This document shows positions 50,804 through 60,734 of a stretch of 64,000 nucleotides of DNA, one piece after another. A model generated the notes under the pieces. The model saw nothing but the letters and a program-made list of their open reading frames with translations, did not search any database and was not told the origin of the DNA. The DNA comes from Longimicrobiales bacterium (lineage in GTDB: Bacteria > Gemmatimonadota > Gemmatimonadetes > Longimicrobiales > Gaopeijiaceae): the NCBI GenBank assembly GCA_963664435.2, contig CAXXKM010000001.1, positions 256,001-320,000 on the forward strand. The letters are read 5' to 3'. Position numbers and translations under genes: made by a program. How positions within the stretch are numbered: position 1 is the first letter of the stretch; each line of letters starts with the position of its first letter.

Positions 50804-51086
50804 TTCGCGTTCATCCTTTTCCGAGTCGTGCGCATCCTACGGAGGGCTCACGTGTCGGGTTCCCGGCGCGGACCGCCCGGCATCCCGATCCCGGTACACC
50901 GACGCCCGCCGATGCGAACGCGGGCGTTCCCGATGCAGGCCGGGGAACACTTCCCTTCCAGACCTTGCTGCGGGTCCGGAACCGCGTATCCTTCTGGCAG
51001 GGCCGGAGCGTCCCGGCAATCCTCCGCGACACCGTCCCGTGATGTGCGCGGCTTCAACATACATCCGAACGCCGGAATTCGCGTAG

Positions 51087-51929
51087 ATGGCCTACCTGCC
51101 CCTGAGAAGCGTTCCCGTCACCGGCGAGGCGAAGGAGGTCTACCACCGCTGGCTGCAGGGCATCGACGACGAGCTGTCGCGGCCCGACTGCGACCGGCGG
51201 GAGCTCTGCCGGCGGGTGCTGACGGACATCTATCGTCCGTGGGGAGCCGCGGCCGCAAGCCTGTCGCGACTCTTCGGGGAGGCTCTGAACGACACCGAGC
51301 GCGTCCAGCTCCTGCAGATGGATTCGGCCAACGTCACCGTCGAACCGGAGCACTACGCCGACATCGACACGGAGCGGTACGCCCGGGTCAAGCCCCTGCT
51401 CTGGATGTGGGAGATGTTCGACCGGAGCCCGCTGGGTGAGAACGTGTACCTGGGCGTGCTCTTCCGGCGCATCCTGGCCCGGCGCATCTTCCGCCGCTGC
51501 GGCAGGGACTTCAAGGCGTTCCACCAGGTCAGGTTCTCCTGCGGCTACAACATGGAGGTCGGAGACGGCGTCGTCGTGCACCGGCACGTGCTTCTCGATG
51601 ACCGGGGCGGAATCCGGCTCGGGGACGGCGCCTCGGTTTCCGACTATTCGAACATCTACAGCCACAGCCACGATGTCGTGAACTCGCCCGAGATCACGAA
51701 CCGGATGACGGTGGTCGGGGCCGGCGTGCGCATCGCGTACCACGCCACCATCCTCACCGGCGTGACCCTCGCCAACGACAGCATGATCGGCGCGGGCGCG
51801 GTGGTGTCCAGGGACACGGAGGCCAGCGCGATCTACGCGGGGATTCCGGCCAAGCTGGTGCGAAGGAAGCCCGATCTGCCCAGGAAAACCGCGCCGTCCG
51901 ATCCGTTCGCGGGGATGTTCAACGGGTAG
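51087..51929 (+). CDS. Left-handed beta-helix (hexapeptide) acyltransferase with helical N-terminal extension
   Basis: MEVGDGVVV..IRLGDGASVS..IYSHSH, IGAGAVVSRD, AGIPAK. Confidence 0.85.
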   Translation: MAYLPLRSVPVTGEAKEVYHRWLQGIDDELSRPDCDRRELCRRVLTDIYRPWGAAAASLSRLFGEALNDTERVQLLQMDSANVTVEPEHYADIDTERYARVKPLLWMWEMFDRSPLGENVYLGVLFRRILARRIFRRCGRDFKAFHQVRFSCGYNMEVGDGVVVHRHVLLDDRGGIRLGDGASVSDYSNIYSHSHDVVNSPEITNRMTVVGAGVRIAYHATILTGVTLANDSMIGAGAVVSRDTEASAIYAGIPAKLVRRKPDLPRKTAPSDPFAGMFNG

Positions 51930-51941
51930 GATCGCTCCTAC

Positions 51942-52838
51942 ATGCTACAGCACTTCGACGAACGCAACCGTGACCTGATCGTCAACGTCAACGGCCGGCT
52001 CCTGCACCGGGACGAAGCCGGGGTCAGCCCGTTCGACTCGGTCGTCCAGGGCGGCGACGCGGTCTGGGAGGGACTCAGGCTCTACGATGGACGCATCTTC
52101 AAACTGGAGGAGCACCTGGCGCGGCTGCGCTCCTCCGCGCTCGCGCTCGCCTTCGCGGAGATTCCCTCCGGGGAGGCGATCGTCGAGGAGATCCGGCGCA
52201 CGCTCGCCGCGAACCGGATGCGCGACGGCGTCCACATCCGGCTGACGCTCACGCGGGGCGTGAAGTACACGAGCGGCATGGATCCCCGCCTCAACCGGTC
52301 CGGTCCCACGCTGATCGTGCTGGCGGAGCACAAGGCGCCCGTTTACGACCGTTCGGGACTTCGTCTCGTTACCAGCTCCCTCCGGCGGTTCGCCCCGGAC
52401 GCGCTCGATCCCAGGATCCACCACGCCAACCTGCTCCAGTCGATCCTCGCCAAGATCGAGGCCAACGCCGCGGGCGCCGACGACGCGCTCATGCTCGACC
52501 GGCGCGGGTTCATCGCCGAGACCAACGCCACCAACTTCTTCATCGTGACCGGCGGGGTCGTAATGACCAGCCGGGCCGTGGCATGTCCCGAAGGGATCAC
52601 GCGCGCGACCGTCATGGAGCTGTGCGGCGAGAACGGAATCCCCTCGCGGGCGAAGGACCTTTCCCTGACGGAAGCGTACCGTGCCGAAGAGGCCTTCTGC
52701 ACTGGTACGATGGGCGAGCTGGCCAGCGTCACGGAGATCGATGGGCGGACCATCGGCGACGGTGAGCCGGGGTCGATGACGGCGCGGTTGAGCGAGCTGT
52801 TCCGCGAGCTGACGGGCCGCGCGGGAACAGCGATCTGA
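51942..52838 (+). CDS. Aminotransferase class IV-like protein (catalytic Lys appears replaced by His)
   Basis: VSPFD..GDAVWEGLR, FKLEEHLARL, EGITR, FCTGTMGE; PRIHHANL in place of xxIKSLNY. Confidence 0.85.
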   Translation: MLQHFDERNRDLIVNVNGRLLHRDEAGVSPFDSVVQGGDAVWEGLRLYDGRIFKLEEHLARLRSSALALAFAEIPSGEAIVEEIRRTLAANRMRDGVHIRLTLTRGVKYTSGMDPRLNRSGPTLIVLAEHKAPVYDRSGLRLVTSSLRRFAPDALDPRIHHANLLQSILAKIEANAAGADDALMLDRRGFIAETNATNFFIVTGGVVMTSRAVACPEGITRATVMELCGENGIPSRAKDLSLTEAYRAEEAFCTGTMGELASVTEIDGRTIGDGEPGSMTARLSELFRELTGRAGTAI

Positions 52839-52856
52839 TCCACCCCCCAACCATCG

Positions 52857-54293
52857 TCAGCCCCGCTCGCCACCCTCCCGGGCCGGGGCGTCGGCGCCAC
52901 CCTCCGGGGCCGAGGCGCTGCCACCATCCACCGAATGGGACGCCTCCCCCTGCCGCCGCTTCTCCAGCCGCCGGAAGGTCCCGACCAGTTCGCGGCGCAT
53001 GCGGGCGAAGCGCATTCGCACATCGGGCCGCCCCTGAAGCTTCAGGAACAGGATCGTGTCCTCCTTCACCTCGCGAGCCAGTTCCCACCACACGATGGCC
53101 ACGTACCCGCACAGCGGCGCCACCACGGCCGCGCCGAGGGCGGCGATGGGGCCGCCCGCAGCATACCCCAGGACCACCCAGAGCACCCAGGCCGCGACCA
53201 CGCCGCCGAGGAGACCCGCGAGCTTCAAGGTGGCTCTCACCTCGTAGTCGGGACGCAGACTCCGGACCGCGACCCCGGTCAACTGCGTCACAGGTACCCA
53301 GAACACCGATCCCGACAAGGCGAACGGCAGCCCCAGCAGGAGCAGTGTACCCCGCACGGCGATGTAGCGGGCGACCGGCACGAGGCCGTAGCGGGGCGGC
53401 ACGTCTCCCTCCCCGGCCCCAACCCGCGCAGTCAAAGCGGCGTAGCGTTCCACTTTGCGTCTGAGTTCCCGGTGCTCCTCGGGGGCCTCGCGCCGGATCC
53501 ACTCCAGCCCGGCGGCGAACCGCTGCAGGCGGGGGAAACGGGTGCCCAGCGCCTCCCGCGCCTGCCACGGGACCCAGCGGGACTCGCGCGCGTAGAGCTG
53601 CTCCGCCACCTCCACCAGCGCCCGGTCCTCGTGATGTACGAAGTTGAGGGTGCGGGCGCGGATTCCCGCCTCGATCCGCTCGGTTAGCGCTCTCGCGGCC
53701 GCGACCGGGTCCTCGAGGTAGATGTCCCTGAGGTCGGCGCACTCGAAGGCATGCCCGAAACGCACGGTCACCGCCGTGCGCGCCCGCTCCTTGCGCGAAT
53801 ACGTGATCCCCACCGGCACGATCGAGAGTCCCAACTCCCATCCCGCCTCCGCCTCGGCCTGCAGCGCGATGCGCGCGGCCCCCGTACGGAACTCGACCAG
53901 ATGGGCCTCGGAGTGGCTCCGACCCTCCGGGTAGATCTGGATCGCACCGCCCTCACGGAGCACCCGAGCCGCCGCGCGGAACATGTCCTGGTTGCGGTGC
54001 ATCGCCGCGGGATCGTCCTGGCGACGGTACACGGGGATGCCGCCCAGCACCCTCAGCAACGGCCCGAGCATGAGCCCGTCGAAGAGCGGTGCCCGCGCCA
54101 GCGGGCGGGGCATGCGCTCGCTGCAGAGGAAGATCAGGATAGGGTCCAGGAGGCTGTTGGGGTGATTGGCGGCGACGAGCAGCGGGCCATCGGGGAGGGA
54201 GGGACCGTGGTGGTCCACCCGATAGAACACACCCGCTGCCGTACCCGCCACCCGGGTGATCAGCCTCGCGATGCGGCTCTGTGGCCTCGCCAA
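52857..54293 (-). CDS. Membrane phospholipid/glycerol acyltransferase (PlsC-like)
   Basis: NHPNSLLDP (HX4D), IPVYR, YPEGRS, TGAARIAL, C-terminal TM helices. TTG start with GGAGGG upstream. Confidence 0.88.
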   Translation of the reverse strand: MARPQSRIARLITRVAGTAAGVFYRVDHHGPSLPDGPLLVAANHPNSLLDPILIFLCSERMPRPLARAPLFDGLMLGPLLRVLGGIPVYRRQDDPAAMHRNQDMFRAAARVLREGGAIQIYPEGRSHSEAHLVEFRTGAARIALQAEAEAGWELGLSIVPVGITYSRKERARTAVTVRFGHAFECADLRDIYLEDPVAAARALTERIEAGIRARTLNFVHHEDRALVEVAEQLYARESRWVPWQAREALGTRFPRLQRFAAGLEWIRREAPEEHRELRRKVERYAALTARVGAGEGDVPPRYGLVPVARYIAVRGTLLLLGLPFALSGSVFWVPVTQLTGVAVRSLRPDYEVRATLKLAGLLGGVVAAWVLWVVLGYAAGGPIAALGAAVVAPLCGYVAIVWWELAREVKEDTILFLKLQGRPDVRMRFARMRRELVGTFRRLEKRRQGEASHSVDGGSASAPEGGADAPAREGGERG

Positions 54294-54495
54294 CCGTGCG
54301 TCCCTCCCGCTTGTTATCCGCCCAACGCCTTATCCTGCCTGCCAACGCCGAACTTCGCACCTGGTTCCGGAGCCGCAAGTGCCTGATCTGTTCGTCAAGC
54401 AACGGTGGACATGCGAACGGCCAACTATCGCCCGCCGAACCGGTGTGACAGATTGGGCCCGGAGCCGCCGATTCACCACCAGGCGAGGAAACGAG

Positions 54496-55587
54496 ATGCG
54501 CGATACTGCTCTTTCACGGCGGAGTTTTCTTCAGGCCGCGACGCTCGCGATCGGCGGGCTGGGCATCGGCGCCTGTCGCCCGCGCGAGCCGGCGCCGGCG
54601 CCCCTGCGCATTCTCATCCTGGGAGGCACCGGCTTCGTCGGCCCCAATCAGGTGCGGACCGCCCTGGCACGGGGGCACGAGGTCACCCTCTTCAACCGGG
54701 GCATCACCAACCCGGACCTGTTCCCCGACCTCGAGACCCTGATCGGCGACCGGGACGGCGACCTGGGCGCGCTGGAAGGGCGCACGTGGGACGTCGTCAT
54801 CGACAACTCCGCCAACATCCCGCGCCGGGTGCGGCTCTCGGCCGAGGCGCTGCGCGGCTCCGTCGGAACGTACCTCTTCGTGTCCTCGACCGGCGTATAC
54901 CTCCCCTACCTCACCACCGACATCCGCGAGGACGCCCCGGTCGACATCATCGACGACCCGGAGACCGAGGTTGTAAACGGCCGCACGTTCGGCGCCCTCA
55001 AGGCGCTCGCGGAGGACGAGGCGCGCAACGCCTTCGCGGACAACCACCTGGTCCTCCGCCCCACCTACATCGTCGGCCCCGGCGACCCGACCGACCGCTA
55101 CACCTGTTGGCCCGTGCGGCTGGCGCGCGGCGGTGAAGTGCTCGCGCCCGGAACGCCCGACGACCCCATGCAGCATGTGGACGTGCGCGACCTCGCCGCC
55201 TTCATGATCAAGGCCGTGGAAGACGACCTGAGGGGCACCTTCAACGTCGTGGGTCCGCGCGAGCCACTCACGATGGGCGCCCTGCTCGACCGGACGCGCA
55301 CGGCGGTTGGCTCCGACGCCACCCTGACCTGGGTCGACGCCGCCTTCCTGGCGGACAACGGCCTGTCGGCCCTGACTTACTGGACCGAGCCGGCGGGCGA
55401 CTACCTGGGCATGATGCGGGTCAACGGCGACAAGGCGTTCGACGCAGGCTTCGCGATGCGCCCGCTCGAGGAAACGGCGCGCGACACGCTGGAGTGGTTC
55501 AACGCCCAGGACCCGGAACGGCAGGAGCTGCGGTCCGGCCTGTCGCCCGAGCGGGAGGCGGAGCTGCTGGCGGCGTTTCGGGGGTAG
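54496..55587 (+). CDS. NAD-dependent epimerase/dehydratase (extended SDR) with Tat signal
   Basis: SRRSFL twin-arginine motif, ILGGTGFVG, FNRG, RPTYIVGP, DVRDLA. Confidence 0.88.
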   Translation: MRDTALSRRSFLQAATLAIGGLGIGACRPREPAPAPLRILILGGTGFVGPNQVRTALARGHEVTLFNRGITNPDLFPDLETLIGDRDGDLGALEGRTWDVVIDNSANIPRRVRLSAEALRGSVGTYLFVSSTGVYLPYLTTDIREDAPVDIIDDPETEVVNGRTFGALKALAEDEARNAFADNHLVLRPTYIVGPGDPTDRYTCWPVRLARGGEVLAPGTPDDPMQHVDVRDLAAFMIKAVEDDLRGTFNVVGPREPLTMGALLDRTRTAVGSDATLTWVDAAFLADNGLSALTYWTEPAGDYLGMMRVNGDKAFDAGFAMRPLEETARDTLEWFNAQDPERQELRSGLSPEREAELLAAFRG

Positions 55588-55602
55588 AGGCGGGTGATGA
55601 TA

Positions 55603-56856
55603 CTACTCATCAGGTTCATGTGATACTACGTGACCCGGCATCCTCCGAAACAGCCTCAGCACCGACCAGAACGCCAGCGCGTACATCAGCGCGCCCAGCA
55701 GGAACGGCGCGCCGGGCAGCTCGATCGGCGCGCTCGCGGAGGTAAAGTAGCTGAACAGCCCCGCCGTGAAGACGAGCGGCGCCAGGATGCTGGTCAGGCT
55801 CATGAGGGACTGGATGCCGCCCTGGACCTTGCCCTGGTCCTCCGGAGGGACGGAGCCCGCCACCAGGCTCTGGATGGCGGGGCCGGCGACGCCGCTGATC
55901 GATCCGAACACGATGAACACAAGCAGCATCCAGCCTGCGGTGGCCAACCCGTATCCCAGGAAGGTGAAGACGGCGATGACCAGCCCGTAGAGGACCGCCC
56001 GACGTTCGCCGATCCGCTTGATCACGGGCTGGACCAGCCCACCCTGGACGATCGCCGACATGATCCCCACCAGCGCCAGCGAAAGGCCGTTCGCGCGCTC
56101 ATCCCACCCGAACTTGTGTCCCGTGTAGAGCACCCAGACGGTTTCAAGCCCCCGCTGCGCCAGGATGACGAAAACGAAGGCCGCGGTCAGGCCGGCGACC
56201 AGGGGATAGGTGCGCAGCACATGCAGGCTCCCCACCGGGTTGGCCTTGCGCCAGCGGAAGGCGTCGCGCTTCTCCCGGGGCAACGATTCCGGCAGGACGA
56301 AGAAGCCGTAGAGCCAGTTCACGAGTGCGAGCCCCGCCGAGGCGAAGAACGGCAGGCGCAGGTCGATGCTTCCGAGCAGGCCGCCTATGGCGGGGCCGAA
56401 GATGAAGCCGAGCCCGAACGCCACGCCGATGAGCCCGAAGTTCCTGGCACGGTTCTCCGGCTTCGACACATCGGCGATGTATGCGTTGGCGGTGGTGGCG
56501 TTGGCCCCCATCACGCCGGCGATGAGGCGGCCGGCGAAGAGCCACCCCAGCGTCGGGGCGAAGCCCATGATGAGGTAGTCGATCCCGAGCCCGAAGAGGG
56601 AGATGAGGATCACGGGCCTGCGCCCCACCCGGTCCGACAGCGCTCCCAGCAGGGGCGCGAAGAAGAACTGGGTGACGGCGTAGGTGGCGGCCAGGATGCC
56701 GTACCAGCGACCGGCCAGCGCGGCGCTCCCTCCGGCGAACTCCCTGATCAGCTCCGGGAGGATGGGGATGATGATCCCGATCCCCAGCATGTCGATGAAG
56801 ACCGTGATGAGGATGAAGATCATCGCGGCCTTGCGGGGCTGACCGCCGGCCGTCAC
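55603..56856 (-). CDS. TCR/Tet-family MFS transporter
   Basis: DMLGIGIIIPILP, GALSDRVGRRP, AYIAD, GFIFGPAIGG, LPESL. Confidence 0.93.
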   Translation of the reverse strand: MTAGGQPRKAAMIFILITVFIDMLGIGIIIPILPELIREFAGGSAALAGRWYGILAATYAVTQFFFAPLLGALSDRVGRRPVILISLFGLGIDYLIMGFAPTLGWLFAGRLIAGVMGANATTANAYIADVSKPENRARNFGLIGVAFGLGFIFGPAIGGLLGSIDLRLPFFASAGLALVNWLYGFFVLPESLPREKRDAFRWRKANPVGSLHVLRTYPLVAGLTAAFVFVILAQRGLETVWVLYTGHKFGWDERANGLSLALVGIMSAIVQGGLVQPVIKRIGERRAVLYGLVIAVFTFLGYGLATAGWMLLVFIVFGSISGVAGPAIQSLVAGSVPPEDQGKVQGGIQSLMSLTSILAPLVFTAGLFSYFTSASAPIELPGAPFLLGALMYALAFWSVLRLFRRMPGHVVSHEPDE

Positions 56857-56910
56857 GGGAAGCGTGCTGTCAAGGGCGTCGGGGACGGGACGCTGTGTTC
56901 GGCTGAACCC

Positions 56911-59262
56911 TCAGCAGGACACGCAGTTGTTGTTGTTCTTCGACCCCAGCCGCTCCAGCAGGGCGATGGTGGACGGGAACGGCTGCACGCGCTGGACCGG
57001 ACCGTTGGCCATGTCGGCGGTGGTCTGGCCGTTGCGGCTCAGCACGGTCACGTCCGCGCCGTGCTCCACGAGCAAGAGGACCAGCTCGTCGTCGCCCCGG
57101 GATGCGGCGTGATGGAGCGCGGTGTAGGCGTTGGCGTCGCGCACGTTGACGTCCGCGCTGGCCTCCTCCACCAGGAACTTCACCGCCGCGAGCCAGTTGT
57201 CGGGCACGTAGCGGTGCGCGTTGCCCGCGAAGGACTGGCCGTAGCCGACGCCGGACGCAGCGTGGATCGCGTAGATGGCAGGTCCGCCGACCGGGACGGG
57301 CGGCACCCCGGAGAGATCTTCGTCGTCATCTCTCCCGTAGCCCTGCTGAGCGGGCTCTTCCTCCGCTTCGTCCGTCTCGCCCTCGGCGTTGGCCAGGACG
57401 GCGCCGGGTGCCTCGCTCTCGATGGCGGCCTCGCCGGCTTCGTCCGCGGCCATCTCGCCGGCTTCCTCCGCAACTGACTCGTCTGCTTCGTCCGCAACCG
57501 TCTCCGGAGCCTTGTCCGCCGCCGACTCCTCGCCTTCGGCCACGGTGGCTTCTTCCTCCGCTGCCTCTTCGGCCGGGACGGCTCCCTCGCCTTCCGCAGC
57601 CTCGGCCACCGTCTCCTCCGCCGGCGTCGGCTCAGGGGGCGGCGGGGGACGGCGCCGGCGGCGCTGGGGCGGCTTCATGGTCGGGATGGCGGGGTCGGCC
57701 CCGTGCTCCATGAGCAGCCGCATCGCGTCGACATCAAGGGCGTAGGCGGCACGCCAGAACGGCGTCGCGCCCTGCAGGTTGATGCCGCTGCCGCGCAGCA
57801 CGCCGAAGGTGTACTCCATGAACCAGAGGTGGGCCTTCAGGCGCACGTTGGGATCCGCCCCGGCTTCCAGCAGGGCTTCCAGCATCTCGAGGTGAGTCGC
57901 GTTCTGCTGCAGATGCTCGGTGGGGTGCGCGTACGACGCCCGGGGCGCCCACTGCCGCTCCAGCACCGCGAAGAGCGGGGTCGTGCCCGCCTCGCTCGCC
58001 AGGTTGGGGTCGGCGCCGCGCTCGAGCAGCGTGAGCGCCAGGTCGAACTGACCGTTCACGGACGCCATGAGGATCGGCGACGTCCGGTCGCCGTCGGAAA
58101 CCCGGTTGACGTCCGCGCCGGCCTCGAGCAGCGCCAGGGTCGCCTCTGCATGGCCCTGCCGGATCGCGTGCAGGAGGGGGGTCAATCCGCCCCAGGCACC
58201 CACCATCTGAGCGTAGGACATCGGACGCGGCTCTTCCTGCTCGTCCTCGTCGGATTCGGCCTCTTCGGCGTCCGCTTCCTCCGATTCGTCGCCGGACTCG
58301 TCGCCTTCGCCGGACTCGTCGCCTTCCTCCGCCTCGCCGGATTGCTCGTCCGGTTCGGCGGCCTCGTCTTCGGCTTCCGGCGCCGCATCGGCCTCGGTCC
58401 CGGATTCTCCGCCCTCCTGTTCCTCCTCCGCCTCGACCTCGCCTTCCTGGTTGGCGAGCGCTCCGCCCCGCCCGTCGTTCGCCGGGTCGGGCACGTCGGG
58501 CCACCTGCGCTGGATCTCGCGCGAGGCTTCGATGGCCGCCTGCACCTGGCTGGGGGTGGGCTGCCAGTCCGGGCCCCCGCCCTCCTTCTCCTTGAAGGCG
58601 GCGATGAACTCGTTCAGGCGGCGCTCGGCGGCGGCATCCGCCCGTTCCTGCTCCGCCACGTCCACCGACCAGGCCGCGAGCGACAGGTCGGCGCCGGCTC
58701 CCAGCAGCACCTCGATGGCTTCGACCCGGTTGTTGGCCGCGGCGAAGATGAGGGGGGTCTGCCCCCACGCGCCCTCGCGGCCGTTCACGTCCGCGCCCGC
58801 TCCCGCCAGCGCGCCGACCACGGCGGGATCGCCCGCGGCAGCCGCCAGGTGCAGGGGCGTTGCGCCCGAATTGGTGGTCGTCGCGTTCGGGTCGCTTCCC
58901 GCCTCGAGAAGCACCTGCACCATGGTCGCGCCCGCGTCCCGGGCGGCCAGGTGGAGCGGGGTGTAGTGCCCGATGCGGGTGCCCGCATCCACCCGGGCGC
59001 CCGCGTACAGCAGCACGTCCGCGAGCTCGGCGTCGTCGTGCTCGGCGGCCCAGTGCAGCGCGGTCATGCCGTCGCCCTGGGGCGCGTTCACGTCCGCGCC
59101 CTCGCGCAGCAGGCGCCGCACCGCCTCCAGATCGCGCCGCGCCGCCGCGTCCGCCACGGGCGCGTCCGACCAGCCGCCGCCCAGAAGCAGCAACGGCAGG
59201 ATCGCCATGCCCAGGAAGCGGGCCCGCACCGGCCGGCCTCCCGAGAACCTCGCCGGCTTCAC
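56911..59262 (-). CDS. Secreted ankyrin-repeat protein with two long acidic insertions and C-terminal CVSC
   Basis: GTGA overlap with the DUF1552 stop; signal peptide; GMTALHWAA, TPLHLAA, GATPFWRAA, YTALHHAA. Confidence 0.88.
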   Translation of the reverse strand: MKPARFSGGRPVRARFLGMAILPLLLLGGGWSDAPVADAAARRDLEAVRRLLREGADVNAPQGDGMTALHWAAEHDDAELADVLLYAGARVDAGTRIGHYTPLHLAARDAGATMVQVLLEAGSDPNATTTNSGATPLHLAAAAGDPAVVGALAGAGADVNGREGAWGQTPLIFAAANNRVEAIEVLLGAGADLSLAAWSVDVAEQERADAAAERRLNEFIAAFKEKEGGGPDWQPTPSQVQAAIEASREIQRRWPDVPDPANDGRGGALANQEGEVEAEEEQEGGESGTEADAAPEAEDEAAEPDEQSGEAEEGDESGEGDESGDESEEADAEEAESDEDEQEEPRPMSYAQMVGAWGGLTPLLHAIRQGHAEATLALLEAGADVNRVSDGDRTSPILMASVNGQFDLALTLLERGADPNLASEAGTTPLFAVLERQWAPRASYAHPTEHLQQNATHLEMLEALLEAGADPNVRLKAHLWFMEYTFGVLRGSGINLQGATPFWRAAYALDVDAMRLLMEHGADPAIPTMKPPQRRRRRPPPPPEPTPAEETVAEAAEGEGAVPAEEAAEEEATVAEGEESAADKAPETVADEADESVAEEAGEMAADEAGEAAIESEAPGAVLANAEGETDEAEEEPAQQGYGRDDDEDLSGVPPVPVGGPAIYAIHAASGVGYGQSFAGNAHRYVPDNWLAAVKFLVEEASADVNVRDANAYTALHHAASRGDDELVLLLVEHGADVTVLSRNGQTTADMANGPVQRVQPFPSTIALLERLGSKNNNNCVSC

Positions 59263-60656
59263 GACGTCACCGGCACGGTCAGGGAGAACTCGCCGGTGGC
59301 ATCTCCGAAGGTCTTCACATCCTCGTGCCCGAGCTTGTGCAGGAGCGTCGTGAATACGTTGGCCATGGGCGTTCCGTCCGGGGCCTTCAAGTGCAGGTTG
59401 CCCTCCAGCTGACCGTTTGCCCCGCCCAGGATCGCGAGCGGGCAGCGGCGGTGGTTGTGCAGGTTGGCGTCTCCCATGGGCGAGCCCCAGATCACCATGG
59501 ACCGGTCCAGCAGGCTCATTTCGCCGTCCATCGTCTCCTGCAGCCGTTCCAGCAGGTACGCCAGCTGTCCCGTGCGCCACTGGCAGATCGTGTTGAATTC
59601 GAGGATGGCCTCCTCGTTGCCGCCGTGGTGCGAGGCGGGATGGAAGGCCCGGTCCGATCCGCTCTCGGGGAACCTGCGGTTGGATGCGTCGCGTCCCATC
59701 TTGAGCGCGGTGACCCGCGTTGCATCCGTCTCGAAGGCCAGCACCTGCAGGTCGATGAGGAGACGCATGTGCTCGGCGAAGGAGTCTGGCACGCCCGGGG
59801 GCGCACCGGGCAGCTCGCGCGGGGCCCCGCTGGTGTTGCGCTCCTCCACCCGCTCGATGCGCCGCTCGATCTCGCGCACGCTGTCCAGATAGCGGTCCAC
59901 CCTCTGCAGGTCGACCGCGCCCAGCTGACGCCGCAGATCGGCCACCTCGCCCGCGACCCAGTCCAGGATGCTCCCGTGGGTCCGGCGCCGCCGCGCCCGC
60001 TCGTCGGCGCTCCCGCCTGCCCCGAAGAGCATGTCGAAGGCGGTGCGCGGACTGCGGATCATCGGAAGCGGCACGTCGGGCGATGCCCAGCTGATCGAGT
60101 CCATGTACGAACACGAATAGTTGTAGTCGCAGCCACCCCCCGCGTCCGTGGGCTCGATGGAGAGCTGAAGCGAGGGCAACACCGTGTCCTGCCCGAAGCG
60201 CTGCGCGTGCAGCTGATCGAGCGAGGTTCCGCAGTAGATGTCGGACCCCTGGGTCTGCTTCGGATGCGACTGGGTCAGGAACACCGCGCTGGAGCGGAAG
60301 TGGTCGCCGCCCACCTCCGGCGGCGCGAAGGCCTCCGCCATGCGCACGTCGGTGTTGCTGATGATGGTCATGTAGTCACGCCACGGCTCGAGCCCCTTCA
60401 GCACGTTGACGTCGCTGAGCTCGAAATCCCGCCCCTGGGTCACGGGCGCGAAGAGATGCTGCCTCGCCCCCCACTCGTTGCATCCGGGGACGCCGTGCAC
60501 CTCCTCGATGCAGATCACGCGTGTCGGTTCGCCAGCGGCGCGCCCGCGCGCAACGGCGGCGGGGATCATCGCGTCCAGCAGCGGAAGAGCGAGTGTGGCG
60601 CCCGCCCCGCGCACGAAGGTGCGGCGCGGGAGAGCCTTGCCGGTCAGAAAATGCAT
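59259..60656 (-). CDS. DUF1552 (HXXSHH) protein with Tat-like signal
   Basis: LPRRTFVRGAGATLALPLLDAM, SLDQ, YSCSY..SISW, YLDSVREIE, HPASHH. Confidence 0.92.
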   Translation of the reverse strand: MHFLTGKALPRRTFVRGAGATLALPLLDAMIPAAVARGRAAGEPTRVICIEEVHGVPGCNEWGARQHLFAPVTQGRDFELSDVNVLKGLEPWRDYMTIISNTDVRMAEAFAPPEVGGDHFRSSAVFLTQSHPKQTQGSDIYCGTSLDQLHAQRFGQDTVLPSLQLSIEPTDAGGGCDYNYSCSYMDSISWASPDVPLPMIRSPRTAFDMLFGAGGSADERARRRRTHGSILDWVAGEVADLRRQLGAVDLQRVDRYLDSVREIERRIERVEERNTSGAPRELPGAPPGVPDSFAEHMRLLIDLQVLAFETDATRVTALKMGRDASNRRFPESGSDRAFHPASHHGGNEEAILEFNTICQWRTGQLAYLLERLQETMDGEMSLLDRSMVIWGSPMGDANLHNHRRCPLAILGGANGQLEGNLHLKAPDGTPMANVFTTLLHKLGHEDVKTFGDATGEFSLTVPVTS

Positions 60657-60734
60657 GCCACGATCCAGGATGAAGGATGACGGACACGAACCCGCCCGGG
60701 CCGTCGACGGTCTACGGCGCGGTGCGCGGGCATA

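Noticed and set aside
55603..56856. Calling the MFS gene tetA (tetracycline resistance)
   Set aside because: Family motifs do not define the substrate, and there is no tetR or mobile context.
59263..60114. Apparent 1067-aa ankyrin protein
   Set aside because: The first 284 codons overlap DUF1552 in another frame; the signal peptide follows GTG 59262.
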